Position numbers and translations under genes: made by a program
Shown here: one piece after another, positions 13,113 through 25,100 of the stretch
Layout: every line of letters begins with the position of its first letter
How positions within the stretch are numbered: the first letter of the stretch is position 1
Source: the human T2T-CHM13v2.0 reference genome, Homo sapiens
Direction: 5' to 3' (one strand)
Length of the DNA: 64,000 nt
Assembly: GCF_009914755.1 (NCBI RefSeq)
Contig: NC_060942.1
The notes under the pieces: generated by a model
The model's database searches: none
Told to the model about the DNA's origin: nothing
What the model saw: the letters and a program-made list of their open reading frames with translations, nothing else

Positions 13113-14834
13113 TATGTTGATGGTAATTTAGTGGGAATAGCATTGAATCTATAAATTGCTTTGGGCAGTATGGCCATTTTCACAATATTGATTCTTCCTA
13201 TCCATGATCATGGAATGTTTTTCCATCTGGTTGTGTCCTCTCTGATTTCCTTGAGCAGTGGTTTGTAGTTCTCCTTGAATTTACATTCTTCACAGAATTA
13301 GAAAAAATCTATTTTATAATGTATATGGAATCAGTAAACACTTTGCATAGCCGAGACAATCCTAATCAAAAAGAGCAAAGCTGGAGGCATCATGCTACCT
13401 GACTTCAAACTATACTACAAGGCTACAGTACCCAAAACTGCATGGTACTAGTGAAAAAACAGGCACGTAGACCAATGGAAAAGAATAGCGAACTCAGAAA
13501 TAAAAACTGCACATCTACAACCATCTGCTCTTTGACAAACCTGACAAAAACAAACAATGGGGAAAGGATTTCCTATTTAATAAACGGTGCTGGAAGAACT
13601 GGCTAACCACGGGTAGAAAATTAAAATGGGATCCCTTCCTTCCACCTTATACAAAAATTAACTCAAGATGAATTAAAGATTTGAATGTAAAACCAAAATC
13701 TATAAAAATCCTAGGAGAAAATCTAGGCAGTGCTATTCAGGACATAGGCATGGGCAAAGAGTTTATGATGAAGTCATAAAGCAATTGCAATAAAAGCAAA
13801 ATTTGACAAGTGTGATCTAACTAAACTAAAGAGCTTCTGCATAGCAAATGAAACTATCATCAGAATGAACAGACAACCTACAGAATAGGAGAAAATTTTT
13901 GGAATCTATGTATCTGACAAAGGTCTGCTATCCAGAATCTGCAAAGAACTCAAGCAATTTTACAAGAAAAAAACAAACAATCCCATTAAAAAGTGGGCAA
14001 AGTACATGAACAGACATGTCTCAAAAGAAGACATACATGTGGCCAACAAAAATATGAAAAAAAGTTCAGCATCACTGATCATTAGAAGAATGAAAATGAA
14101 AACCACAGTGAGATACCATCTCATGCCAGTCAGAATGGTGATTATTAAAAAGTCAAGAAACAGATGCTGGCAAGGTTGTGGAGAAATAGGAACACTTTTA
14201 CACTGTTTGTGGGAATGTAAATTAGTTCAACCATTTTGGAAGACAGTGTGTGAATTCTTCAAAGATTTAGAACCAGAATACCATTTGACCCAGCAATCCC
14301 ATTAGTGCATATATACCCATAGGAATGTAAATCATTCTATTATAAAGATACATGCACATGTATGTTTATTGAAGCAGTATTCACAATAGCAAAGACATGG
14401 AATCAACCCAAATGTCCATCAATAATAGACTGGATAATGAAAATGTGGTACATACACACCATCGAATGCTATGAAGCCATAAAAAACAATGAGATCATGT
14501 TCTTTGCAGGAACATGGATGAAGCTGAAAGCCATTATTCTCAGCAAACTAATGCAGGAACAGAAAACCAAGCACCACATGATCTCATTTATAAGTGGGAG
14601 CTGAACAATGAGAACACATGGACACAGGGAGCGGAACAACACATATTGGGACCTGTTGGGGGAGGGAGGGGGGTAGTATTAGGGAAAAGAGCTAATGCAT
14701 GCTGGGCTTAATACCTAGGTGATGGGTTGATAGGTGCAGCAAACCACCAGAGCACATGTTTACCTATGTAACAAATATGCATATCCTGCACATGTACCCC
14801 AGAACTTAAAGAAAAATAAAATAATTTTAAAAAG
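13113..14834 (+). mobile_element. 5'-truncated, 5'-inverted L1PA (about L1PA8-13): antisense ORF2 piece 13113-13279 plus sense ORF2 3' end, 3' UTR and A-rich tail
   Basis: ORF-track peptides (RCWQGCGEIGTLLHCLWECKLVQPFWKTV; FTIAKTWNQPKCPS) are L1 ORF2 C-terminus; 3' UTR ends CATGTACCCCAGAACTTAAA; TSD AGAAAACT(AA/GT)AGAAG at 13098-13112 and 14835-14849. Confidence 0.96.
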
Positions 14835-14961
14835 AGAAAACTGTAGAAGCTGGTAGAGGATGCACTTAAGAATGAAAAAATAGTAAAAGTAAGGACTCCT
14901 ATTAGGGGACTGTTGCAGTCCTCTATGAAATAAGAAAGAAGTGAATGAACTTAGACTTATT

Positions 14962-15180
14962 CAGTAATATATGGGTCAGTGGGTAACTACCTGTTAAACA
15001 TCTAGGAGAGAAAATCTACATGACTTGGAGTAAAAATGATGCTTGAATGACTGTACAGCAATGGATTTTATACACCGTTGTTGAAATGAACCACTATCTG
15101 AAATCCATCATAAGTAGCTCTTCTATATATCCACAATGAAGATGAAAATCATGGAGATAATGTGTATGTTTGTGGTTTTT
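14962..15180 (+). repeat. Copy 1 of ~215-bp direct local duplication (begins in L2-like sequence)
   Basis: ATGGGTCAGTGGG..CTGTTAAACATCTAGGAGAGAAAATCTACATGACT...CTATCTGAAATCCA...AATGAAGA.GAAAATCAT recurs at 17201-17416. Confidence 0.92.
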
Positions 15181-15329
15181 GGAGAATTTTATAGAACATA
15201 CTTGAGGAAATGGTGATAATCATCAGAAGTATAATTCATGTGTATAATTTACCCTCTGTTTCTTATTTTATCTGATTAAGATGTTCTTTCCCAGTTACTC
15301 CTTATTACTGATTACTTCTTAGTCTTCAT

Positions 15330-15930
15330 TTCCTATATCAAATGTCACCTTCTCAGAGAGATGTCTACAGTGAACAACCTATCTGAAGAAGCCCAAGCCA
15401 CCTTTCCTCGCACACATTCATAGGATTTCAAACTATATATTTTCTTCGTAAGTGATATGATTTTGATCTGTGTCCCCTCCCAAATTTCAGCTAGAATTCT
15501 AATCCCCACATGCTGAGGGAAGGACCTGGTGGGAGGTGATTGGATCGTGGGGCTGGTTTCCCCTATGATGTTTTTGTGATAGTGAGTGAGTTCTCATGAG
15601 ATCTGATGGTTTAAAAGTTGCACTTCCCCCTTCGCTCTATTTCCTGCTTACTTGTGAAGAAGGTGCTTGCTTCTCCTTTGCCTTACACCATGACTGCAAG
15701 TTTCCTGAGGACTCCCCAGTCATGTGGAACTGTGAGTCAATTAAATCTCTTCTCTTTCTAAATTACTCTGTTTGGGGTAGTTCTTTATACAGTGCAAAAA
15801 TGGACTAATACACTGATATTGCATTCATTTTTATTTATTTGTGTTCTTGTTTATTGTCTCATCTCATTGCATAGAATGTAAGCTGCCTAAAAGACTGTCT
15901 TTCTATTTAATTCTGATAACCCTGTCACCG
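15330..15930 (+). mobile_element. L2 LINE 3' fragment interrupted by a MaLR LTR
   Basis: TCAAATGTCACCTTCTCAGAGAG...ACCTATCTGAA before the LTR and TTGTTTATTGTCTC...TAGAATGTAAGCT after it. Confidence 0.7.
15453..15812 (+). mobile_element. MSTA/THE1D-type MaLR solo LTR
   Basis: TGATATGATTTTGATCTGTGTCCCC...GAGATCTGATGGTTTAAAAG...CATGTGGAACTGTGAGTCAATTAAA...GGACTAATACA. Confidence 0.93.
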
Positions 15931-15935
15931 CAATA

Positions 15936-16286
15936 CAGTCCTTTCTCTATAACAGTGGGTTCCACATGTGTGGATTCAAAGAACTGCGGATGGAAAATAT
16001 ATTTTTTAAATTGCTTCTGTACTGATCATGTAAGGATATTTTTATCTTGTTACAACTCCCCAAACAATGTATAATGTTATATGCATTATAACAACTATTT
16101 ACTTAATATTTACGTTGGATTAGCTATGATAAATAATCTAAAGCATTTTTAAAGTATACCTGAGGATGTACATAGGTTATATGCAAATATATACACCATT
16201 TTATATTTGGTACTTGGGCATCCTTGAATTTTGATATCTATTGGAAATTCTAGAAAAAATCCCCTAGAGGTATCAGGAAATGACTA
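15936..16286 (+). mobile_element. Tigger3a/MER7-type non-autonomous DNA transposon
   Basis: TA|CAGTC...GTGGGTTCCACATGTGTGGATTCAA...GAGGATGTACATAGGTTATATGCAAATA...GACTA|TA; TA target site and degenerate terminal inverted repeats. Confidence 0.85.
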
Positions 16287-17200
16287 TATCTAGAAGAAAT
16301 TTTGTAAATATTCATAGAATATATTAAATAATGAAAAATGGTTTTAATTATAAAGTACAAAATGACTCCCAGACTGCAGAAATATCTCTCAACCTCTTAT
16401 TGTCTATATAATTTTTGAGCTCCCAACTAATCTTCCACAACTTTCTCATTTGCTGTTACTAAATAATATAGACACTAGGGAAGAGGGATTTTGTTCAATG
16501 CAGTATTTCCCCATTCACCTTTATAAATAATATCCCATAATGTTGTTAATTCATGTATTAGAAATATCAAACTTTTATGAGATTAACAGAGTTACTTTTT
16601 TAATGAAGAAACATTTTAGACAGAAACTTTTTCTAAGAGTGTTTTTTGAAGAACAAAAACTGATATAAAAATATCTTATGAACACAGAACTAATCAATGA
16701 TAGAATTTATTCTAAACTGAGCAACAGGAAAACATCTTTATGCTGTGATTTTTAGTACCCCAGGTCCCTGAAAGTTTCTTTGCAGTAAGCAGGAGAACAC
16801 AAATCAACTTGATTTTTATGATATACAAGGTGTCCATGCTTCTCTTTCAAAGTTTAAAAAGGTGTTTGCAATTTGAAAAAGTTGACAATAACCATATTAC
16901 AATATAAAACACCTCTGAGTCTCCTGTTTCTCAAGCTGTCAGATCTTTAGAGCATTGTAGAGTTGATGAAACTACATTAACTTTTAGAAACGTATGCACT
17001 AACATATGAAGTGAACACCTGAGATGTTTCAGGGTGGCATTTCCTGGAGCTATCAGACTAGAGTCTCTTTTTGTCTCCAGGGCCCTTATATAAGTTACTT
17101 TTTATAAGAAAAAAAGTTATAATAAATAAAAATGATTCAGAAGTCTTTGTTCATCTCCTAACTGCAATGGCTTTCTTTTTGAAAACACTTTCTCAACTTT

Positions 17201-17416
17201 TAGTAAGGTATGGGTCAGTGGGGAACTGTTAAACATCTAGGAGAGAAAATCTACATGACTCTGAGTAATAATGGCACTTGGATGACTCTACAGCAATGCA
17301 CTTTATACATCTTTGTTGAAAAGCACCGCTATCTGAAATCCACCATACACAGACACTTTCATATACCCAAAATGAAGACGAAAATCATAGAGTGATATGT
17401 GTGTTTGTAGTTTTTT
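17201..17416 (+). repeat. Copy 2 of ~215-bp direct local duplication
   Basis: Colinear with 14962-15180, about 80% identity by eye, including a 29-nt exact block CTGTTAAACATCTAGGAGAGAAAATCTAC. Confidence 0.92.
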
Positions 17417-18647
17417 AAACAAAGCCAGATGTTGTTGAAAGAATAATTGATGTCCAAAAACCTAAATACTAGCCAACTATTCGTGTAAATTTTGTAACAT
17501 CATGGAGACACTGACTCTATAATGCAGAAGAATAGGTGATTTCATATCCACTGTAGTCATCCAGAGTCTTAGGTGAATGTTGATGGTTGATTTTCATCCA
17601 CTCAAAAATATTTTCTTACAAATTACTATTATCAAGACATTTAACTTCTAGCAGCGACAGACAACAAAAAGCACTCAAATATTCACCCTTGTCTTTATTG
17701 TGGCTCATTACCTCCTTCTGTGCTGTGTGTGTATTAAGTAGTTAGGACGCAATACAGGACCTCACAACTTCATAGTCTCAAAAACTATAAAAGATATATT
17801 TATTTTCTCTCTTCCCCTTCTTCTCCTTCTCCACCAATTTTAACTAATAGGACTTAAGAACAGGATATATAAATATGTGATGTTCAAGAGAAAAAGTCAT
17901 TTTACGTCTGGGGCAATATAGGAGTGGGAGACTGGAGTTCATGGAAGGTTCCATGGAGAATGTGGCATCATATATAGGTTTTAAGAGGTAAATAAATACA
18001 GTTATATTCTGTTAGTCTAATTCTCAAATATGTACCATAGGTATTCCAAAAAGAACCACTGAAAGAAGCAAATATATAAGGGCTCTGTAGACTTTGAAGT
18101 TACTTATTTGTTTTCTTTTTCTGCATTAATACAGCATAACAGAAAGTTCAGTTTGGGATTATGTCCTGCCTGGCACAAATAAGTTGATCATTGGAGCTAT
18201 GTGGAAAAGGGCAAATGGAAACTGTTAATTGCTCACTGATGATTATGACTTACGATGCTATTTATTTCATTTCGTCCCTCCTTGAGGGAAGAATATATTC
18301 CAGCTATAAAAGGACAAACAGACGACATCCATTCTTATGTTCTCTTTTGTTCAGATTTATTCTAAACAAAAAGACAATTATTGGCCTAGAAGTGAGCTTG
18401 TCAACCAACAAAACAATGCAAGCCTGATGTGTTGATGGAATAAAATGAGGTAAATTGACTCAAAAGTGCAGATTGCATATTGAATTGGTGAGTAGAATAT
18501 GAGGTTCATCTTAATCTGAGACCCATTAAAGTCAGTGTGGACTTTGTCTTGTATTGGTGGTGGGGTTGGAGGGGGTGATTACGTTGTAGTTAGTTATGAG
18601 TTTTATGTTTTAGAACATAGTTTTAGAATTTAGTGATAATGAAGAGC

Positions 18648-19124
<477 letters not shown>

Positions 19125-20470
19125 ATATATATAGACAACATATTGAAAAGAGTGATGCTGAGTGAAGGAGATAATTTAGACAGTGCTTGCGGTTGCCCAG
19201 GAGAGAATGCGCGGTGTAAACTAAGGCAATGGGAAGAGAATACAGAGGAGAGAATAGAAACAAGTTATGTGAAGATAGACTACTCAGCAGGTGGTGACTA
19301 CTCATTCACCTTCAGTGCTTTTAGTAAACCTCCTGGCCTTGTGTTAGAAGATCTACACACCTCCTCAGGTGGAGACATTTGCGATGCTTCCGATTGCTGC
19401 TCACTTTTTCCACATGAGTTTCTCTCCTCAGTGGTTCCCAAATAAGGATATAATTGTCACTTAGACACTAATATGTCTTCAATTTTCCCTTTTAACACTT
19501 GCAAATGTATTAACTAGGAGGCCTGCTTCAGGATGGGACTATCTATTGACAGGAGCAGCTATACTTAGCAATACTTGCCATGTGTGAATATTTGATACTG
19601 AGAACTCTGAAAGCAAAGTCTAGAATGCTCTCCACACATTCATTACACAGGGTTGTGTGTTAAGTAGGAACTCCCTTTGTAATCTTGTGTTAGTAAATGC
19701 GACCAGGGCAGACCTTAGAGGGTGAAAGGGTGTAGGGAGGTTCCTTGGCAGAGTTCTGAGCAGCTGCAATCTCGGATCTGAATAGTGGCAGTCTCTCCTG
19801 ATGCTTTATTCCAACAAGTGCTCCACTCTATACTTTAATGCCCCTCTGAATTGCTTGTGGCCAAATCTATAACCAAAACAATCATTCTCATGCTTAGACA
19901 GTTATAAGATCAAAAATCCTCATGTTTGAGATTATTAAACTATATTTTGAAAAGCTGAATCAACCTTCTTTCAATGAAACAAATTAAAACCTCTTACCAA
20001 GCCATAGAGATGGGAATAAAATATAACAGTTATAGAAAAGGTACATGTAATACCAATAATTCAAACAATGACTACGTTTAATCGCTAAATAGATGTGATT
20101 TAAAAGGTTATCTACTTTTCAGATGAATTCAGATAGCTACGCCAATCATTATTTTTACTCTAAAAAGATAAGTTAAAACACAGAGATACCTCAAATTCAC
20201 TGAATGTATTTTTTTTGTCATTTAACAAACTACCCCAAATGGCCTAATGTCTAACTTCATTGCATACTATTTAAATATAGATTATATAGAATTTCGGTAA
20301 GGCATTAAGTTTTGATTCATTGCCATTTCCTGCAGGTGCTGTCCAATCCTTTTAAAACACATGTTTAAATCTTTTGATGCACATTTCCAAACTGTCTTAT
20401 TATTAGAAGGCAAATGAGTCAGAAAAGACGAGAATGATTTTATATGCACTAAGCTTAAATGTAATTAGGA

Positions 20471-20522
20471 TCTCTCTCTCTCTCTCTCTCTCTCCTCCTC
20501 TCATCGCTCTCTCATCTCTCTC
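20471..20522. repeat. (CT)n microsatellite / polypyrimidine tract
   Basis: Direct reading. Confidence 0.9.
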
Positions 20523-21851
20523 TTTTCTTCTTCATTTGGTTTTCAAAGAATAAACTAAGTGCTATGGCTTCCAAGCTAGGCACTAAAGCCCAAGAGGATA
20601 AGGGTGTAATTGGTAAAACCTCCTGTGACTTCTTTGTATCTATTTCTTCAATAGCAAAATGGAGCTAAAAATTGGATTCTTAATGAAATTATATATGCAC
20701 GTTTACACACAAACACATATAAGGAACATATTGCTGTTATTTGGAGAATTTACTAGCTTTCTTTAGCTAAAAATACCTTGGTACCAGAAAAGTTAAGCTT
20801 AGCACTAACATTTCGAACTCAAACTTTTTCTTATGCCCTTCAACCACTTTGCATATTAAAACCTGGGATATATCAAAACCTTCATGCCACCTCTAAGTAG
20901 AATGTAAGATGGCTATTATAAACTCGAGTTTTAGTCCATTTAAGGATTTAATGATCTGTCAGAAACTTAAATTGACTTAAATTTGTGAAGAAAATATATT
21001 CCTGGTGAAATCTGTGAATATGTGAATAGGTCAGATTCCGAAGCAGCCAGGGCTTCAGCTTTCTCCTTCCTTGTGTCTTCCATGGACGTTAGCCTGGACT
21101 AGGCTCCCACGCTCTTTCTTCTCATCCTTGCCCTACTCTGCCATGAGAGTGCATGCCAACGTGCATCTAGGGCTGCTGAGTTTTCCCACTTAAAGCTATT
21201 CAGTGTTTCCTGTTTCCTCATGTCTTAAGGAATGTGGTTCATTGACAAGTAACTGATTGCTAGTGTCTCCATCAGCTATTAAATGTGCAACCTTAGGGAA
21301 AGAACTTGAATTTTTGTGGTCTAGTTCAAGGGCTCTTTTTTTTTGTTTATAAAAAAGCTGTTAGCAAATGAGTACCAATCCACCTTTCCCTGCCTAAAAG
21401 AATGGTAGCTCTTTACATGAAACTGTGGTGAAGCTCAATTGTTTATTTACTATTTATTTTTCAACACATTTTAAACTTTCTTATGTATGTTTGCGTGTGT
21501 GTGTGCTTGGCCCTTTGCCTACAAATCTTTATTTTCTATCACTGAATTCTATTTACTCCTCAAGAAGAGGGTATTCTTCCCTCTCATATGAGGCTTTTTC
21601 TCACAACCCCAGTGAAAGGAATGTCCTGCCTTCTAACACTGTTAGCATATATGCGGGACTCATAATATAATGTTTTATTCTAGTAGATGGATACTCTTTA
21701 AAATAATAAAAGGAATGCTTTGTGTAAATTTTACCTAATCGTTAAAAAATTGGAATACCGAAAAATAATTAGTAGAGCCCTTAAATAGCTAAATCACATT
21801 ATTTAGAAAGAATTGCCATTAAGCTGTCATTAAGATAACACCATTGTTGAT

Positions 21852-21880
21852 ACACACACACACACACACATACACACACA
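21852..21880. repeat. (CA)n microsatellite
   Basis: Direct reading. Confidence 0.9.
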
Positions 21881-22000
21881 TATGTTTATATACAAAAAAA
21901 GAGACAAAGGGATCATAGAGATATACATACGTGCATTCACATATAAGAGAGTTTAACAAAATGAAATCGTATTATTAAGATTTAACAGTAATTGATCTAT

Positions 22001-22106
22001 TTTCATTTTCATTTTTTTGAAAGACATAGAGTCTCTCTACGTTGCCAAAGCTGGACACAAACTCCTGAATTTAATCAGTCTTTTCACCTCAGCCTCACTA
22101 GTAGCT
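22001..22106 (-). mobile_element. Alu monomer fragment (FLAM/FAM-like)
   Basis: T-rich tail then GAGTCTCTCTACGTTGCCAAAGCTGG...AACTCCTG...CACCTCAGCCTC..TAGTAGCT. Confidence 0.75.
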
Positions 22107-25100
22107 CAATTTTATTTTACTTAAGCAAAAAGAAATGAAAATGGAGCAAAACAAATTGCTCAAATTATGATAAAGTCTTCTTTACAAAATAAAGATATTA
22201 CTTCACTTAAATTCTTTCCACTTAAGAAAAATCATTTACTAAACGGATTCAGAGCATGTTGTCATTCATTGCATGGGTGTTTTGATTTTAGACCTTGTGG
22301 ATTGTCTGCCAATATGAAATAGGAGAAAGTATTGCGCTTACACTTTTCCCCTTTCCCTACCCTCACTTCTCAATTTTGTTTTTCATTGACTATTTTATAT
22401 AGCTAAGTTCAATAATATTTATGTAGATTTCTGTGAGAAATATATTCAAGCATATTTCTAACAGTTCTTAGTAGCAGTTCCATGTTTCAATAGATGTACA
22501 TTATTCACATTTTTCTACATCTTATTGACAGTCTTGTTCCCATTATAAGTTTCTGCAAGCTCTGTTTCTATTGCCTAGAAAGTTACATCCCCATATGGTT
22601 AATGCTATCTAATTTTTCAGGTCTCAGATCAAATATCAAATCCTACAGAAAGCAAAAGTCCTAAAGTAGATAGCCTTAGTTAATCTAAAATATAATAAAT
22701 AAATCAAGCATTGTCAAGTTATTTAACAATACAAAATTCTCACTTTATATTTTAGAGTAATAGTTATTAATTTTTAAAAGAAAAAGGAGAATGCAGATAC
22801 TTAAATAACCTAAAGTACCAATGTATTTGGAGGGAGAAAACAGGACTTCTGTGTTTGGAAGACAGAGATCATGAAGAAGAGATAAATTGAGGAAGCAGTT
22901 AAATGTCAGATCACACATATGCTTAAAAGCCCAGGTGAGAGCGTTGGGTTTAAGTTTTGGAAGTGCATCAGTCTCATTAGAGCTGTAGGTAAAGAGCTTA
23001 TAGGTTACTGTTTAGATATTGTTCACAAATAAAAAGTGAGTAGGAGATAAAAATGAGCAGGATGTTAAATAAATTATGTATTTTAATTTAATTAAATTTA
23101 ACAGGAGAATATTTCAAAACCAAAAATAATTCCTATCATAAATAAATGTATTCATTTTTAGAGTTTAACATTTTTTGGACAAATCAAGGTGACTGAAGTT
23201 ACTAAATTACTTTGGCAAATGCATGAGAGACTTACAGACCTGTCTGCAGACAAATTATTGTAGTAGCAGTTTGCAGCAGCAGTTAAAAACAGTCACTTAG
23301 GGACCGGGTGATAGCTCTGATATTTCCAGCACTCGAAAAGAAAAAAAAAAAAAGAAAAAGAAAAAGAAAAAAAAGAGGATTTGTGAAGGGGAGACAGAGG
23401 CTTCCAAAACAGAAAAACTTTCCTACTATCTCTGTCCCTCTAGCTTATGCAGAATAATATTTTATTAAGTTGACACAAAATAGGTAAGCATGGGGATTCA
23501 GAAGCTGCCTCAGTGCAAATTTTGCCTAAAATACCGTAAGGCTGAGAGACCTGGGTTCTGAGATAAACCCAAAAAGTTCATCTCAATGTATTTTTTTCCC
23601 ATTACATGTATATTGCAGAGTTCTTGTCATCTTTAGTAAACTCTATTATTTATCATTTTTCTTTGTAGTGTTTGTAAATGCTGATCAAATTCCTTTCTTA
23701 CGCTGAGCTGTCATTGCCATGTGTATGTTTTTGATTTTGCTTGAAAAGACTGTGTGGCCTTGTAAATACATACAGAAAATCTAGAGCCACAGTCAACAAA
23801 ATCCATCAAGATTATAAGAAGATTGAAGCCAGAAACTTACTTATATAATATTTTTATTCCACTAAGTGACCTGTTACTAAATTGTTGAAATAATTAAATT
23901 AATACATTTAAATATTTGCATTCTCATTTTTAAAATAACAAAATACCCAGGTACTACACCTAGCAGAACATGCTTCCAAGAGTACCTTTATATTTTAAGT
24001 GACTTGGAAGAACACCTATTTGTCAACAAATTATGAGAATGAACAGAAATGATAATAAAGTGAGAAGATGAATCAATTTTCTTAATTTATTTGCCTTATG
24101 AATTTTACATATCCACCAAATGGAGACTTGTGTTGAGTATGTCAGAAACAGTTCCAAAGGAAGAAATGTTTTTGTCATACACACACACACATGCATATAT
24201 ATACGTTAACATACACAGACACGCTCACACATCTGTATTCAAATTCTTATAACCATGAACTCTTAAAGCAAATTCAGCTAATCAAAATTTTAAATAAGGT
24301 AAGAAGTTAAACTATCACTTATTTTTAAATAATGATTAAAATAAGAACGTATAGAAATACATGTTATAAGCTGATAATTTTGTTAAAATGTTCTAGAAAA
24401 TCTCGAGTTTCTAAATAAAGATGTTAGTTTTATAATTCATCATCAATTGTGGAAGCACAGAGGTGTTCACTGTATGACATTACATTCCAGACTGGTTATC
24501 ACATTTATTGCCTTTGAAAACTTATGACTTGCGACTTTTAGTAGATCTTATTACTACATAATTTTGGGAAAATACTGAATACAAATGGTAACTATGACTT
24601 CCAGTCAATTCACAAAAACTTATGATTCTGCTTATTTTTAAATTGTAATGTACTTATAATATACATATAGACTATATGTTATATAAGTGTACATATGCAC
24701 AATACGTTCTCAGTTTTCTTAATTTTTAAACCTATGCTTTTCTTTGTGTTTAAGGGATGGGTGGGCATGTTAAAATCTAATCTGATGGCTTTCTTTCTTC
24801 CTATTTCTTCTATAGAGAACCTAGAATGCCTTATATTATCCCACTATGGAAACAATTTAAGATATTTACTCCAAAGTGAATTAAAATACACAGGCAATTG
24901 ATCTCATTTTTTAAGTGGAAATTAGTTTGACTGACTCTCTTCATCTTAGAAAGTCATCCAAGCTAGTTTAGCAAACCTCATATCTTTTATAAGTAAATAT
25001 TAATGAATTCCTGGTTTTTGAGTGTGATTAACTTATGTTAAGTATATTCTGACCTTTAGCTACAGATTCTCTCATAAAACTTTGTTAAGTTTTTAGTTGC

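Noticed and set aside
24639-24693. AT-rich imperfect palindromes (also 6243-6269, 36897-36933, 38453-38470, 60016-60031)
   Set aside because: Short arms or nearly pure A/T; expected by chance at this composition.
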